Shown: positions 28,001-40,900 of the stretch, one piece after another | Layout of the letters: every line of letters starts with the position of its first letter | Position numbering within the stretch: position 1 is the stretch's first letter | From: Psammoneis japonica | Taxonomy: Eukaryota | Reading direction: 5' to 3' | Assembly: GCA_008632985.1 (NCBI GenBank) | Contig: QPGO01000094.1 | Location: forward strand, 230,721 to 294,720 | Length of the DNA: 64,000 bases | Made by a program: the position numbers and the translations under genes | Notes under the pieces: model-generated | The model's input: only the letters and a program-made list of their open reading frames with translations | Database searches by the model: none | Told to the model about the DNA's origin: nothing

Positions 28001-31000
28001 AGGCTCTGATGCGGTTCCTCATGGCTTTGGTCACCTGCAGGTGCCTGCAGACAATCCTGAAGGCTTTCTTCTCGTGTGCACTTTTTACCATCCCAGTCCA
28101 TGTTCCACTTTGATTGATGAACGTGATTTTGCGCGGGCTTCTGGTTTCAAATCTCAGTCCATTCGCTCCGAGCTCCTTGAGAAGACATGTGCCAATGGCA
28201 CTTGCACTTACACTGCTTCCACTGACACACAAGCGGCAGTTGTCCATGGCGTGCTTCGACATGGCAAGGCATTCACACAACCCCTGGTTTCTCCATCTCC
28301 GTCTGGCATCCCTTCGACATCGACGACCCCTGACTTGTCCTTGGTTGATGACATTGATGATGCATGTCAACGTGCAGTCTTTTTTGTCAACATCCAACAA
28401 GGTCCATCTGATCCCTTGCTGATGGATGCTGAGCTGTTTTCGATGCAGTGTGACTCGGCTCCGTTGTCCACCCCTGCTCCTGTCCGCTCTCTCAAGGTTG
28501 AGACTGAACGTCTTCTGTGGCATCAACGCCTTGGACACCCCAGTGATCACTGCTTGTTCAATGCTCACAAGCATGTCAAGGGCGTCCCCAAGTTCCGTCA
28601 TGCCAATCCTGTCCTTGATGTGTGCCCTGCATGTGTCCAAGCCAAGCAAGTCAAGACTCCTGCTGGACCAAACACGACTTGGAAGGTGACCCAACCACAC
28701 CAAGGTCTCACTGTAGACTTTGCTTTTGCTGGCCAGACTTCCAAGAATGAAGCCCACAAGGTTGACCATCTTGGACACAATGGTGAAACCTGTTGGATTG
28801 CTGTCTATGATCATCACATGCGGATGCTCCATGGAGTGGCAAGGGTTTCAAAGGCCAGTCCTCTCAAGTGGCTTTGCCGATTCTTGGATCGACATTCACC
28901 AAATTGTCGTGACAAATGTGTGTTCATGGACCAAGGTGGGGAATCGTGCAAAAACCCCAAAGTTCGTGACCTCTTTGAATGAGAATTCCAGTGTGACATC
29001 TGTCCTTCTGGTGCTGGCGCATCCAACCAATGTGGGCCTGTTGAATGCTCACATTCAACTGTTGAAAACGCGATTCGCGCAATTTTAATTGGTGCCAACC
29101 TTCCGATCCGATTCTGGCCCTGTGCATTTTACCACTGCCTCCGCATCAAGAATGCCACTCCTGCAAAAGATCAAGATGTGGCACCCATCACTCTTGCTGC
29201 CAGAAAGGTCGAAGATTTTACCACTCTGAAGACTTTCGGATGTCGAGCATGGTCCAAACGGTCCACTGCTCGTTCTGCTGCCTTCCGGACCAATTCCAAG
29301 AAGAGTGTCTTCCTTGGTTGCCTTCCCAACACCCTCAAGAATGTCATGTGGTGGGATCCTGAGACTGATGAAGTCAAGACGGCCAAGCATGTGCGCTGCG
29401 ATGAAGGCACGAATGACCCATTTTTGGATCAACTCCCTCCCAATGCTGTCCATTTGCAGCGTGTGGAAAATGGTCAGCCTTTTCCAGCTGAAACACAGGA
29501 CACCACCGTTCCTGTGTTCACGTCTTCATCGAATCCGTTTGCTGCGACTGTTGCATGTACCATGAAACGTCCTCCAAAGGACCCTGCTCATGGTTTTGGA
29601 TTTTCTCAGTGTGCGCTAATGGACCGTGTCCATGTGTCGGAAATCAAGCAGCGCAGTCCTGCAGCTTCATTGTTTTCTTCCCTCCATGCCACTCGTAACA
29701 AGATTGTGGGTGCATGCGTTGTCTCTGTCAACAAGCGTGAAGTCTTTACTCCTTCGGATGCTGAAGAGGCCTCATCTCAGGTCTTCCATGATGTAACTCC
29801 GACTTTCGAGATTGCTTTTGCGCCGGAACGACGATTGGATTCTTGCACTCTTAACAAGGCATTTGAGGAAGCGGAGTCATTTGAGCCTGACACTGTGGAG
29901 GACGACTCTCATGTTCCTGAACTTGCTTTGGAAGATGTGCGATCTATTGCGGCTCTTCTCTGTCCTGATGATGATTTTTCGGATGAGGCCATTCCTGCAG
30001 ATGTCTTTTGTGCACATCTCAATGCGATTGGCTCCCGCTCACTCACTCCGGAGGAAGCTGCTCTTGACCATCTCACCCGTGCCAAGCTTCGTAAACTTGA
30101 CACATGGCCTGAATGGGAAGAAGGCGAGCAGCGTCAACTGGACCAATTTCATGCCCTGGGCATGTGTGGTCCTCCGCAACCACGTCCCCCTTGCGCGAAC
30201 GTCACGCGTCCGCATTGGGATTGCATGGCAAAGCCGGATGGCCAACGTCGCTCCCGACAATGTGGTGATGGTTCCAAGTCGGCAATGCCGGCCTTGCATG
30301 AGTTGACTTCCACCTGTTCGTCGTGTGTGGAACGTTCTGTCAAAAAGATGTTTTTCGCTCTCAGTGTGGCTGTGTCGCATCGTGTCTTCGGAGGCGATGC
30401 ACGGGATGCCTGTGCTCATTCTCCTGGCCCATCCCAACCGGTTTTTGTTGCCATTGATGATGCACATGCTGCCTGGCATGAAAAGAGATTTGGCAAGAAA
30501 GTGCCCCGCCATTGTGTTCTCCCGCTCAAGCATGCTCTCCAAGGCCATCCTGAAGCTGGTGTCCTCTGGGAGAAGCACATCAACTCGATTCTCACGGGTG
30601 CAAAACTTCTTTTCCGCAACACTGCTCATGACAAGTGCATCCATTCCGGTGAACATGATGGTGTCAAGGTCCTCCTCCTTTGTCAGGTTGATGATTTTGC
30701 TCTTGCTTGTCCATCTAAAAAGATTGCAAAAGAGATCTACGACCACATTGGCAGGGCTCTCCAGATGGAGAATGAGGACACTCCTCCCTTCAAGCATTTG
30801 GGCTTGGTTGCTGAATTCAATGGCATTGATGTCATTCAAAATGACGACTCAATCACTGTCAACATTGCCAGCTGCCTTGACCATGTTTTCAAGACCCATG
30901 GTTGGGATGCTCCCGCTGCGCATGAGTCTGATTCTGATTTCAAGGCTGCACCTGTTCCGGTTGATTGTGTTCCTGATCTGTGTGCCACTGAAGGTCCTGA

Positions 31001-32103
31001 AGAGGGTGCACCCAAGCATGATGCTCTTGCTGAGTCCCAAGGATTCTTGCGCCGTTCTGTCTTGGGTGAACTGGTCTTTGCCCACTCCTGTTGTCGTTTG
31101 GATGTTGGCTGTCCCATTGTCACCTTGTCCAAGTTTTCCAAGGCACCGGCTGAGCTCCATTGTGATTCACTCAAGCGCATGGCCAAGCATTTGCGGTGCA
31201 CCAAACATTGGGGACTGACCCACAAGAAGTCTGGGCGCGATCCCGGCCTGCCTCCTCGCGATTTTGAATGGCTTGAGGATGACCCATCTCTCCTGGATTT
31301 TCCTCGTGCTGTTGACCTTTTCCAACTTCTTGGATTCATTGATGCGGCACATGGCAATGAACTGTGGCATCGCCGTTCCACCACTGGACACGCGCATGTC
31401 CTTGCTGGTGCTGCGATTGACTGTCAATGCCGCATGCAAATGATTGCCGCTGCTAGTTCCACGGAAGCTCAGTTCCTCGCGGCTGTAACTGGTGCGAAAC
31501 AGACCCTGCACCTCCGCACAATTCTGGAAGAATTGGGTTTTCCCCAACGTGATCCCACTCCCTTGCACATTGACGACTCCTCTGCCATCCAGATGATCAA
31601 CAACAAGGTGCCTGCGGAGCGATCTCGTCATGTTGACATTCAACATTTTGCCATCCAAGACTGGCGTGACGCAGGCAAGATTGTCACTCGACATGTCCCG
31701 GGTGTCATTGACCCTGCTGATGCACTGACCAAGGCCGTGGGTTGGATGCTCCATTCCCGCCATGCCCGCCACTTGATGGGACACTGCCGTTGATTGTCAT
31801 CGGGTTTGTTGTGGATTGAGTCTTGGGTGTGTCTCTGTTTCATTTGTTTTGTTCTTTGCTGTTCTGGTCCTCTCTTTTTGTTCGGATTCTCTCTTTCTTT
31901 CTTGTTGAGCATTGCATTGCTCATCAGGGGAGGGTGACAGACATCCAAGATGGGGAGTGCACTCCCTTGTGTCGGACAGACTGGCATAGACAGCATGGAG
32001 AGATCCGATGATCTCTCCTTTGCTCACTTTCTTTCTCATCCAGTGCACAATTGTCATCTGTCCTGGATGTCCGTTAGATTGTCCCGATGCCGCTAGTCCG
32101 TAA
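25048..32103 (+). mobile_element. Ty1/copia LTR retrotransposon B, full length, inactivated
   Basis: LTRs 25048-25215 and 31935-32103; TSD TGTTG (25043-25047, 32104-32108); PBS-like GGTTGTGAGC at 25216; PPT AGGGGAGGG ending 31934; gag from 25418; LWHQRLGH..CPAC integrase Zn finger; RT (ALQGHPEAG, QVDDF); RNase H (DAAHG, SSTEAQF, DPADALTK) ending 31793. Confidence 0.95.
25418..31793 (+). pseudogene. gag-pol of copia B, broken by in-frame TGA stops (26756, 28980) and a frameshift near 27300
   Basis: ORFs 25418-26758, 27274-27507, 27450-28982 and 29178-31793 are collinear with copia gag-PR-IN-RT-RH. Confidence 0.85.
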
Positions 32104-32948
32104 TGTTGACTTCATTGCACCAGCCACTGGGAGGTGTGGAGTTAGCTGACTTGATTGAGCTGTTGTCAACAGTGACTTTTTCCTCTTCTGGCTCTGAATT
32201 GAAGGCTTGGCATGAAAAGACACTCCTTTGCACTGGCACATCTTGTGCCAAAGGCACAGTGGTGGCCATCAGGCCCTCCACTTCCCAATGCAATGAACAT
32301 GCTGTGGTCAAGTGCTCTGGCAAAAGAGCTGCCTCAGCTTTTCCTAAAAAAAACAACCATCACAGGAAAAAACAGGGGGGAGAGGGACAGAAAGCAATGA
32401 TGCAGCCTGCCTTGTGCCAAGAAAACAAGCGGGGCTGGTTGCTGTGAATGTTGAAAAAAGTTGGTGCAAGCTCAAGAACATCAGAAAGAAACAGATGGTG
32501 GCACCCCTCTCACTTCTTGTGGGAAAAAAAATGGCCCAGAAATGTTTGGGATTTCCAGAACACAAGCCAAGGGAACAGCCAGTCGGTCATCCACAAGATG
32601 CCACTCAAAAAGAGCTGGCCAACTGCACATGTTTTTGTGTTGTGTGTCCCTCTTTGGTGCACAGCCAGTCCCAACAAGCTCCTTTTGCAGATTGGCCAGT
32701 GTTGGGGGTTCATCTGTTACAAGCAAGGCAAAACAAGCAAAGTGAGAGAGCAGCTGGCTGTGGGCCCATGATCTCCAAAGCAAGCTGCCATCTGTGCCCA
32801 CCACCTTGCTTGGGTGTGCAGTCTTGCAAAGCTCCTCCCACGGATTGTGGGCATCAGACTCACACATTGCAAGTGAGACAAACTGTGCCACTTTGCTTCT
32901 TCTTGACTCAGGGTGTGGAGAAAGCACAGCTGTCAGCCAAAGGCACAC

Positions 32949-32955
<7 letters not shown>

Positions 32956-32980
<25 letters not shown>
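32956..32980 (+). repeat. (GA)n microsatellite
   Basis: Direct reading. Confidence 0.9.
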
Positions 32981-35900
32981 CAGTTGGCTGCAAACCACAA
33001 CAAGCTCAAACAACTGGCTGCACACACATGGGCTCACTCTGAGAGCTGTCTGTGCATGAGCAGGGTTGCCCAAGTTAGAAACTTTTGAAGCCTGTTTGAC
33101 TCATGTGTGCTGATGGGCATCTTGAAGAATGACTTTGCAACACAACCAACAACAGAATGACAGACCCTTTCACAATTGCTGACATGCACAGACAGCTCTG
33201 GCTGGCTTTCCCACTCAGGCTCATTCCAGCCAAACAGTTGCACACAGACTCTAAAGGGATTCAATGTTGATGAAGGAAACTCCAACAACAACCCTTTGCA
33301 TGGCAGCTGGATTTTTGCAGCACACAGTGTCATGTCCCATCACTTCCATCTCAACCTGGTGCCATCTTTCAAGCAAAATAACTCATCTTAAATCCCTGAA
33401 AACAAAGTCATGTGTGCAGGAGCATCCAGCTCCCTCTTTTCTCCACAAGAGTGGCCCAGCTGCCTTGCTCCACTTCTTCTCATTGTCCACAATCTTTGCT
33501 CTAGAAAGTCTTGTCACAAACCCTGTGGAGAGCCAACTGTGCACCTTGTTGTCAAACCATTGGCCCCTTTGTCTTGTTGCCACTCTGTTGGCTGCAGCCA
33601 AGACCTCTCGCTGCACAGTTTCCCATCTCTGTCAGAGTTTCCCATCTCTGTGAGAGGATTGACTTCAAACCAAGATTGTCACAACTCCCATTTCCCATGA
33701 AGTCAAAGTCAGTTGCTCTGTCTGGGCTTGCCAGCCAGATGTCACCAGACAGGTCATGTTTTTTCTGCAACAATGACAAATCTTTTGGAATCTCTCCAAG
33801 AAGAAGACCACGGTGTTCACAGGTCACTTCCTTGCAGTTTTTCTGCATGTGTTTCATCTGCTTGGGGCAGTTGGAGCTTTTGTGCTGGCATCACTTTTGG
33901 GGCATCTGGAGTGTTGAAGCCTTTGTGCCATCATCACTTGTGGTGGCTGGAAATTTTGCACTGGCATTGCTTCGGGTGGTTGGAGCTTTTGCACTGGTGC
34001 CACTTGGGGTGGTTGGAGCCTTTGAGCTGTTGTGCCATCATGCACAGTGGTTCGAGGCTTTGTGCCACTGGTGCTTGAGGTGGTTGGAGCACTTTGACTT
34101 TTAAAATGCACTTGTGGGACATTTTTGCATGTGGAAAAGTTGCTGCAGTCAACGTGGAATTGGAAGAAGCTTCACATCATGCCCCCCGCTGCTGTTCAGC
34201 TGTTGTCATTTCTTGGCTCACCATTTGCCAGACTGTTGTGCACTTGCTTCTGGTTTGATGGATCTTTGTGATTGCCAACACACAACAGCCCAACTTTGTG
34301 CTCAAACCAGTGCTTTTGGACATCAACGCAGGTGCAACTGAGTGTGATCTCTTGTTTCTTTCTGCTCTTTTTGTGGCATGGCACAATGGCCAATGACCTT
34401 TGTCACATCCAATGATTCACGCTGCATCAGATTTTCACCTTGGGCACCTGGTGACACCAGATGGGCAGTGCAAACATTTTTTCAGAAATTTCGCAGTCCG
34501 CGCCATTTCAGCATTGTTCCATGGACAAGACATGCTGAGTCATGCTGCAAGCATTGCCTTTGTCAATGACTGCAATGATGGATGCACTGCACACCAGTTG
34601 TTTTGGTGCAGCTGCTGTGGTGGAGAAAATCCAGGTGTTGGAGGGCTTTCAAGACCAAACACGCCATCAAAGTTTTCTGGATCATGTCTTTGCAGAGTGC
34701 AGCCAAAAGACAATTCCATTCAATGAGAGCATTGCATTGCATTGCATCGGACTGCTTGGGGAGCAACTGTTCATGCAGGAGACAAGGGGAGATGCCTCTC
34801 TTGAGGTTGCACAACATCACAGTGCAGACGATGACAGATGCCGCAAAAGATGACAAGACATGCCAAAGATGAAGATTGTGAGAAGATCTCTTGCTTGGAT
34901 CTGAGCAACAAATTGGGCCAATGGTCAATGATGTCACTCCAACCACTGTCACTGGAAGACTTGGCAGACATTTCTTCCAGAAGAAGATGTGACAAAATCT
35001 GTGAGACAAAATGAGTCATCACCTTCTGTGAGTCAGACTTGTGACTCAACTGTGGCTCATCTCTGGGAATTCATGTGGATTTCACACAAACCAAGGTGTC
35101 CTTTTTCAGCAACCAATTGACTCGTGTGTTTTTGAGTGGACATGATGGAACAAAGAAAGTCCTTGTGCATGAAAATTTAAAGCCCAGTGAATCAGCTGAG
35201 ACAAGCACTTTCCCCCGATGCTTTTTTGTCACCTGCAACCAATCCAAAAACATTTGATGAGAATTTTGAGTCAGCACTGATTTTGATGGCAATGAGCCTT
35301 TTCATGTTGAGCTGCAGCAAAAGTGTGGCCACCAGTTGAGAGCACCACAAAAAATGCAGCCTTGTTGACAACAATGTCAAATGACATTGAGACCAGTCTG
35401 TCCCAGTGGCGTGCTCCACATGGGACACATCAACAGCACAAGCTCACACTCACAAAAGCAAGGGCTGCACCACTGAATGCCTCAATGATTGTGTGAATGA
35501 TGGCACAGAATTAGCACAAAGCATTGCTTGTTTGTCATGTGCAGGGGTGGCCCATCATGCACACAAGTGCTTTTGTGCAAATGGCTTCTGCCACATTTAC
35601 AAAGAGGCTGGTGGCACAACTCTGCCAGGTGCCTCAATGGTTCACTTGACCACTCATTGGTTGTCCAGTGCCTTGGCTGCACGCATCACCCACCACCAGT
35701 GGGGGAGGGCTCATTGAGCTCTGTTTCAAATTTGTGTGGTGAAGTCTTGACCAAGCAGCAGCTGGAAAATTGATTGTGTGCCCCACTTGTTGTGTGCAAG
35801 ACCCAGACAAGTGACCCATGTGAGTTTGAACAAATTTCATGTTTCCATGGTCTCTCTTCAGTAAAATGGTGTGAGCAAAACATGACACTTGGGGTTTTCT

Positions 35901-36545
35901 GTTCATGTGACAGGGCATGGGCACAGTCTTGTTTTGGTTCAGAAGAAGGAAGGGCTCCAGTTTTGGGTGGTTGAGACAAACACTTGTGAGCAAGAAAGAA
36001 GAAGTGTGGGCAGTGTGTGCCTTCTTTTCAGCACCTTGCAAAGAAGCTGAGTGTGAAAAGTTTAGATGATGAACAAGAAAGGCATCAAATGATGAAGATC
36101 CCTTGCCTTGGGACCCATGCCCTGTGATTGCAATGAGGTTTTAACAGACTCTCCAGGTGTTTCTCAACAAAGCACCTCAGAGGAGACATGCTGTTTTGGG
36201 CTGCAAGCCAGAAAACACTCCCAAAATCATTCCACAGGGCAAAACAAAACTCTGAATTGACACAGATTTGGTTGGGTTCTGCCAGGCCATGTAGAAAATG
36301 AATGGGTTGAAATCTCCGGCATGCCCATTTTCACATGATGAGAGATCAGCAGAGAGCTTTTGGAGACTGTGGTGTCATTGCTGTTGTTGTTTGCTCTGTC
36401 CTCATTGTGCAACAGAACAGATTGTGAGAACAGGAATCAACTGACACCATCACAGCTGGTGGTGCTGATGATTTTTTTGCAGCTGTTGAATGGGGACAAG
36501 AGGTGAATTGAGTTCAAAGCATTCTTCAAGCAGGACAGGACTTGA

Positions 36546-37030
36546 GTGCTGCAGGATGGCTCACTGGAGGACACTCCAATCTTTTTGGCTTTCAGAGTCC
36601 AAAATGATGACATGTTGGAGTTCCTCCTGGGGTGCAATGCCAACGTGAACCATGTTTTGACACACGCTGAATGTCACCATTTTGTGCCACTGCACAACAC
36701 CACTTGCTCCAGACAAATGCCCACAGCAGCCAACAAAGCACAGTTGCTGCTGTCCCATGGGGCTGAAGTGGATGCTGCAGATGACAGGGGCTCCACGCCT
36801 CTGCGCGCAGCTGCCTCATGCAGTGATGGCACTGTTGCCAAAGTCTTGACACAAAATGGCTCTGATTTGAGTGCAGTTGACAGATGTGGAGACAGACCCT
36901 GCTGCACAATGCATGCTTTGGCATGCATGAAAATGCAGCATGGGTGCTGATTGAAGAAGAAGCAAAATTTGAATGCCAGTGACAGCACTGGGTGCTGCAC
37001 TCTGACTCATGTTGCAATCAGAATGGCCTG
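36546..37030 (+). pseudogene. Decayed ankyrin-repeat gene fragment
   Basis: TPIFLA..MLEFLLGCNANVN, LLLSHGAEVDAADDRGSTPLRAAA, VLTQNGSDLSAVDRCG ankyrin-like repeats, then stop or frameshift. Confidence 0.75.
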
Positions 37031-37941
37031 CAAACCCATGAGTTTGGTTTTGATGGAAGCTCATGCAAAACATTTGTTGGCTGTTGACGGTGCCCATGAT
37101 GATGGTGTGTGGGTGCAAGCACACCAGTGGGACACAAGAAAACCCAAGAAGGCTGAGTTTGCTGTTTTCCATGCTTCAACAGAAACCCAATTTGTTTGAC
37201 TGCTTGCAACAAGAGCCGAATCTAAGGAAGTGCAAGAGGTCCAGCTGATTTGTTCCTTCCTTCCCATGATTCAGTGTGCTTTCAAACCACAGAAAAACAG
37301 TTTGTTGTTCTTTGAGCAGTGCCAGTTTGTTTCTGTTTCAGAGCATGCTGCAATTTTCCACTCGCACAAAGTTCATCACAAATGGTGTTGCATTCAATGC
37401 CGTGCTTGTTCCTCAAAGGGAGTTGGACTAGAGCACAAAGCAGAGCACCTCATGTCTCTAAAGAAGTCAAAAAGTGGCATCCTCTTTTTGAAATGAACAA
37501 TTGGGAAAAGACAATTGAAGTCCAGAAATGATCACGAGAAATGCGTGTGCCATTCTGTTGCAGCTGGGCAATCTTTTGTGTCTTTCATTTGATCAAGAGG
37601 AGCAGAGTCTTGTGCAACACATTGCACAAACAAAAAAAATGTCAACACTGTGCTGCATCTCATGGCAAACTTGTTTGAGCAGCACAAACCCCTTCGACTG
37701 CCATTTGCCCACACATGCTGGCATCACAGAGCAGTTGTTTTGAGTTGACACTTCAAGCAATGATCTGGTGCACATGACAACTTGGTGCACAATGTCAGGC
37801 CACAATCTTTTCTGGAAAATTTGAGTGCAGCATTCCTTGGAGCTGTTCACGCTCATGTTGTTGTTGGCACTGTCCTTGTTTGTCTCCAGTGCAATGTGTG
37901 CAACATCTTTGAGCTTTGCGGATGATGCTGTTGCTGTCAAC

Positions 37942-37970
37942 TGTTGTTGTTGTTGTTGTTGTTGTTGTTG
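37942..37970 (+). repeat. (TGT)n microsatellite
   Basis: Direct reading. Confidence 0.9.
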
Positions 37971-40900
37971 CAGCAGCGGCAGAGGACAACCAGCCCAAGT
38001 TCTTTGTGCAGCAGGCTCTCCAAAGCACCATTGTGTCTTTCTTGTGGTCCTTGCACAGGTCACCAATCTCCCTTTTTTTAAGCTTTTTGAGCAATCTGAG
38101 TTTCTTTCTTGCCACCTCCTCTGACAGGACTGTCCCCAAAGCTAGATCTTGCAGGAGGCAAAGGATGAGGTCATCAGGAGACCAAGAGGTTCTCCAGAGG
38201 TGGCCTTCTCAAGGAAGTTCTTCCCTTTGTTCTCACTGTCTGCATCAAGTTGTTCATCAAATGAGGGGCCATGCTCAAAGTTTGTGAATCCACCAGATTT
38301 GACATTGATGATTTGCAAGCCTTGATCACCCTCTGCATTGCAGATGTGTTGGCATCGGTCCCAAGAATGAAGCCCACACAGGATCATGCATTCAAACCTT
38401 TCTTTTTGGCCCCAATGACACCTGCCAGGAGGGTGGCCCCTGTGTTGTTTGCAACCACAATCTTCACATTTAGCCCATTCAGCACTTGCTTGAGAGCCCA
38501 ATGCCAACCTTGTTGCCCACCATCCCGGGAGTGCCAATCTCTTCAGTCCAGCACTCCAGAATTCCCTCATGATTGTTGGCAGCAATGGCAGGAAATGAGA
38601 AGCAGAAGCCAATTTTTCCAAACCAACAATCATTCATCTGCTTGAGCTTGGTCACCAAGACACTGCAAAAGTCCTCTGCAGTCAACCCTTCTTCTTCTTT
38701 TTCCTGTCCAGGCATGTGCTGTGGATTTCCCATGATGAGAATGATCTTTCTGCTGCCAGGCCAATTTTCAGGATGGTTCTGCCAGCATCAATTGTTGCTG
38801 CAGTCTTGTTCCAAGGCACTGCTTCCAGGCCTTTTGCCAAAGCATGTGCTGGAAACATGCCCAGAGAACTCTGGTGTTTCCTTTGTGTCTCTGCTGTTGC
38901 CATCAAGAAGGATGATCACAATTTCTCAATGGCCCCAGTTCCCGCCATCTTTGGACAGGGCGTTGCACCCAATCTTTTAAGACTTCACAGCTTCTCTGTC
39001 ATTTTGATTCCTGCTGGTGATCTGCATGTGACATTCTCCTTTGAGAGTCATCATCTGTGTCATCCAAATGACTGGGTTTGGCCATTTGCTGTCACTCTCT
39101 CATGGCTCCAAGGCAATGTCCTTGTCCATCCAAGTGTCACTGCCATCAGTTGACACTGCTTGTTGCACTTTGGCAAGATCATGATGATGCCTGTTTGGAT
39201 CGAATTTCCCATCTTTTGTGTCTTTGCATTCATCCAATTTGCTGCTGCTGGGCAGAGAAAAAAGAGCTTGTTCTTTCCATCAGTGGGTGCGTCAACCAAC
39301 CAGCTGTCCAAGAGGTTTTGGCCTTCTTCTCTCTGATTGTAGATGTCTTGAGAGCTGCACACTTGATGGCAAGAAATTCTTTGAGACAATCAATGCTGTG
39401 TCTGCAGTGAGCACCAGCACTGCAGGCCTTGAAAAAGACTTTGTGTAGAGCCTCTGACTGGCTCACACCTCTTTCTGGGATCTGTCAAAAAACTCTTTTT
39501 TGTGCCACCAACATTCCTTCAGTGCAGAAAATGAGGCAATCTGTGCTGTGCATTTTGAGCACATTGGTGACTTTTGCAGCACCAGCAGGCTTTCCTTGTC
39601 AAGACTGGCAAAACCACCAAGGCGAAGATCACCCACAGAGCTCCTCCACTCTTGCCCCCCTTCAACATCTGTGGCAATGCATGGCTCTGCTCAACCAAGT
39701 GGCAAGCATCAACTGTGCTTTTGTGTTGGCCAGCACTTGCTGCTCTTCTTTGGTGTTGGGGTGGTTGGTTTGTGCACCAGCAGGAGCCGGGCATGTGCAC
39801 AAGCTCCGTGGAGCTTGGGGGCTGAATCACAGTGTGGTCATGTTTGCTTGATCATGCTGAAGTTTGTCCCTGAACTTGGGGTGTTTTTGTTCACTCTGTG
39901 GCCAGCTTTTGGGCTGGCTCTTGTTCTTCTTCTCCCTCATCAGCCTTTTCTTCATCAGGCAGGTTTGTGCTGCACACAGCATCATTTTTCAACTCTTGCA
40001 GCTGCGCCGGCCAAATGCCAATGCACTGGAGTGGACAGAGACACCATGATGTGCATTGCTGGCCATGACTGCAAGAACTTTGTGGGCCACCTCCAATGCC
40101 AGCAAAGCCAACTGTGGCAGCTTTTTGTCTGGGAGTTTTGTCTGGGAAGTCAGGCAAAAGCAACTTGGTGCCTGATTTCTTGTAACTCAATTTTTTGCTT
40201 TCCTCTCACTGCAGTCTTTTGCACATGGTGGGCCACTCTCATGAACTCAGCCATGAAGCCACTCTGCAGAATGCACCCATCCTCCTTCAGCACTTTCATT
40301 TGGTGCTTTTCTCTGCTTCATTCCCATCCAAGGTGGTTGCTGGAAGCACACAAGAGGAAGAGCCGCTTTCCACTCCAAAACTCTGCTTTCTCATCCTGAG
40401 ACTCAAACATCTTGAGGCAAAAGTCAAAAGCAGTTTTTGCATGAGTCTCTGCAGAGGCTGACTGACATGTGGAAGTTGCAGCTTGTGCACAGCAAGCACT
40501 GCATTTTGCACTCAACTCTCTTCCATCAAAGCCTCTTGTTTTGCCAGATCTTTTCTTTTCTTTCCAGAGCCTGTGTTGATGGTCTTTCTCTTTGACAATT
40601 GCTGGCGGTGCTTCAGCAATTTGTTGACTCTGTTGGCATTCTTTGTGTTTGGTGGCTGTTGTGGAAAACTGAAGTGCCTCCATGGAGCCAGGTGCACTGG
40701 TGTGGGGGCCTTTGCAGCAGGAGAGCAAGCAAGCAAAGTGAGCCCCCCCCGGCCTCACACCCCTGCCCCCACAATCAACTGCCTGATTGCAGACTCCACA
40801 ATGAGAACAGAACTGAGGGCAAGAAATTGATGATCTGTTTTTGCAGGGAGACTTCTTGGCGAACATTTTTCTGGCCGCTTGCAGCTTCTTGCTGCAGCAA

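Noticed and set aside
25048..32103. ADAR-type RNA hyper-editing before reverse transcription
   Set aside because: Both A>G and T>C occur on the same strand, the two LTRs differ reciprocally, and non-retro sequences are affected.
15236..32103. Alternative genetic code or foreign (viral/contaminant) DNA
   Set aside because: Tyr is replaced inconsistently by Cys or His, elements carry TSDs and nest in host context, and neighbouring genes use the standard code.
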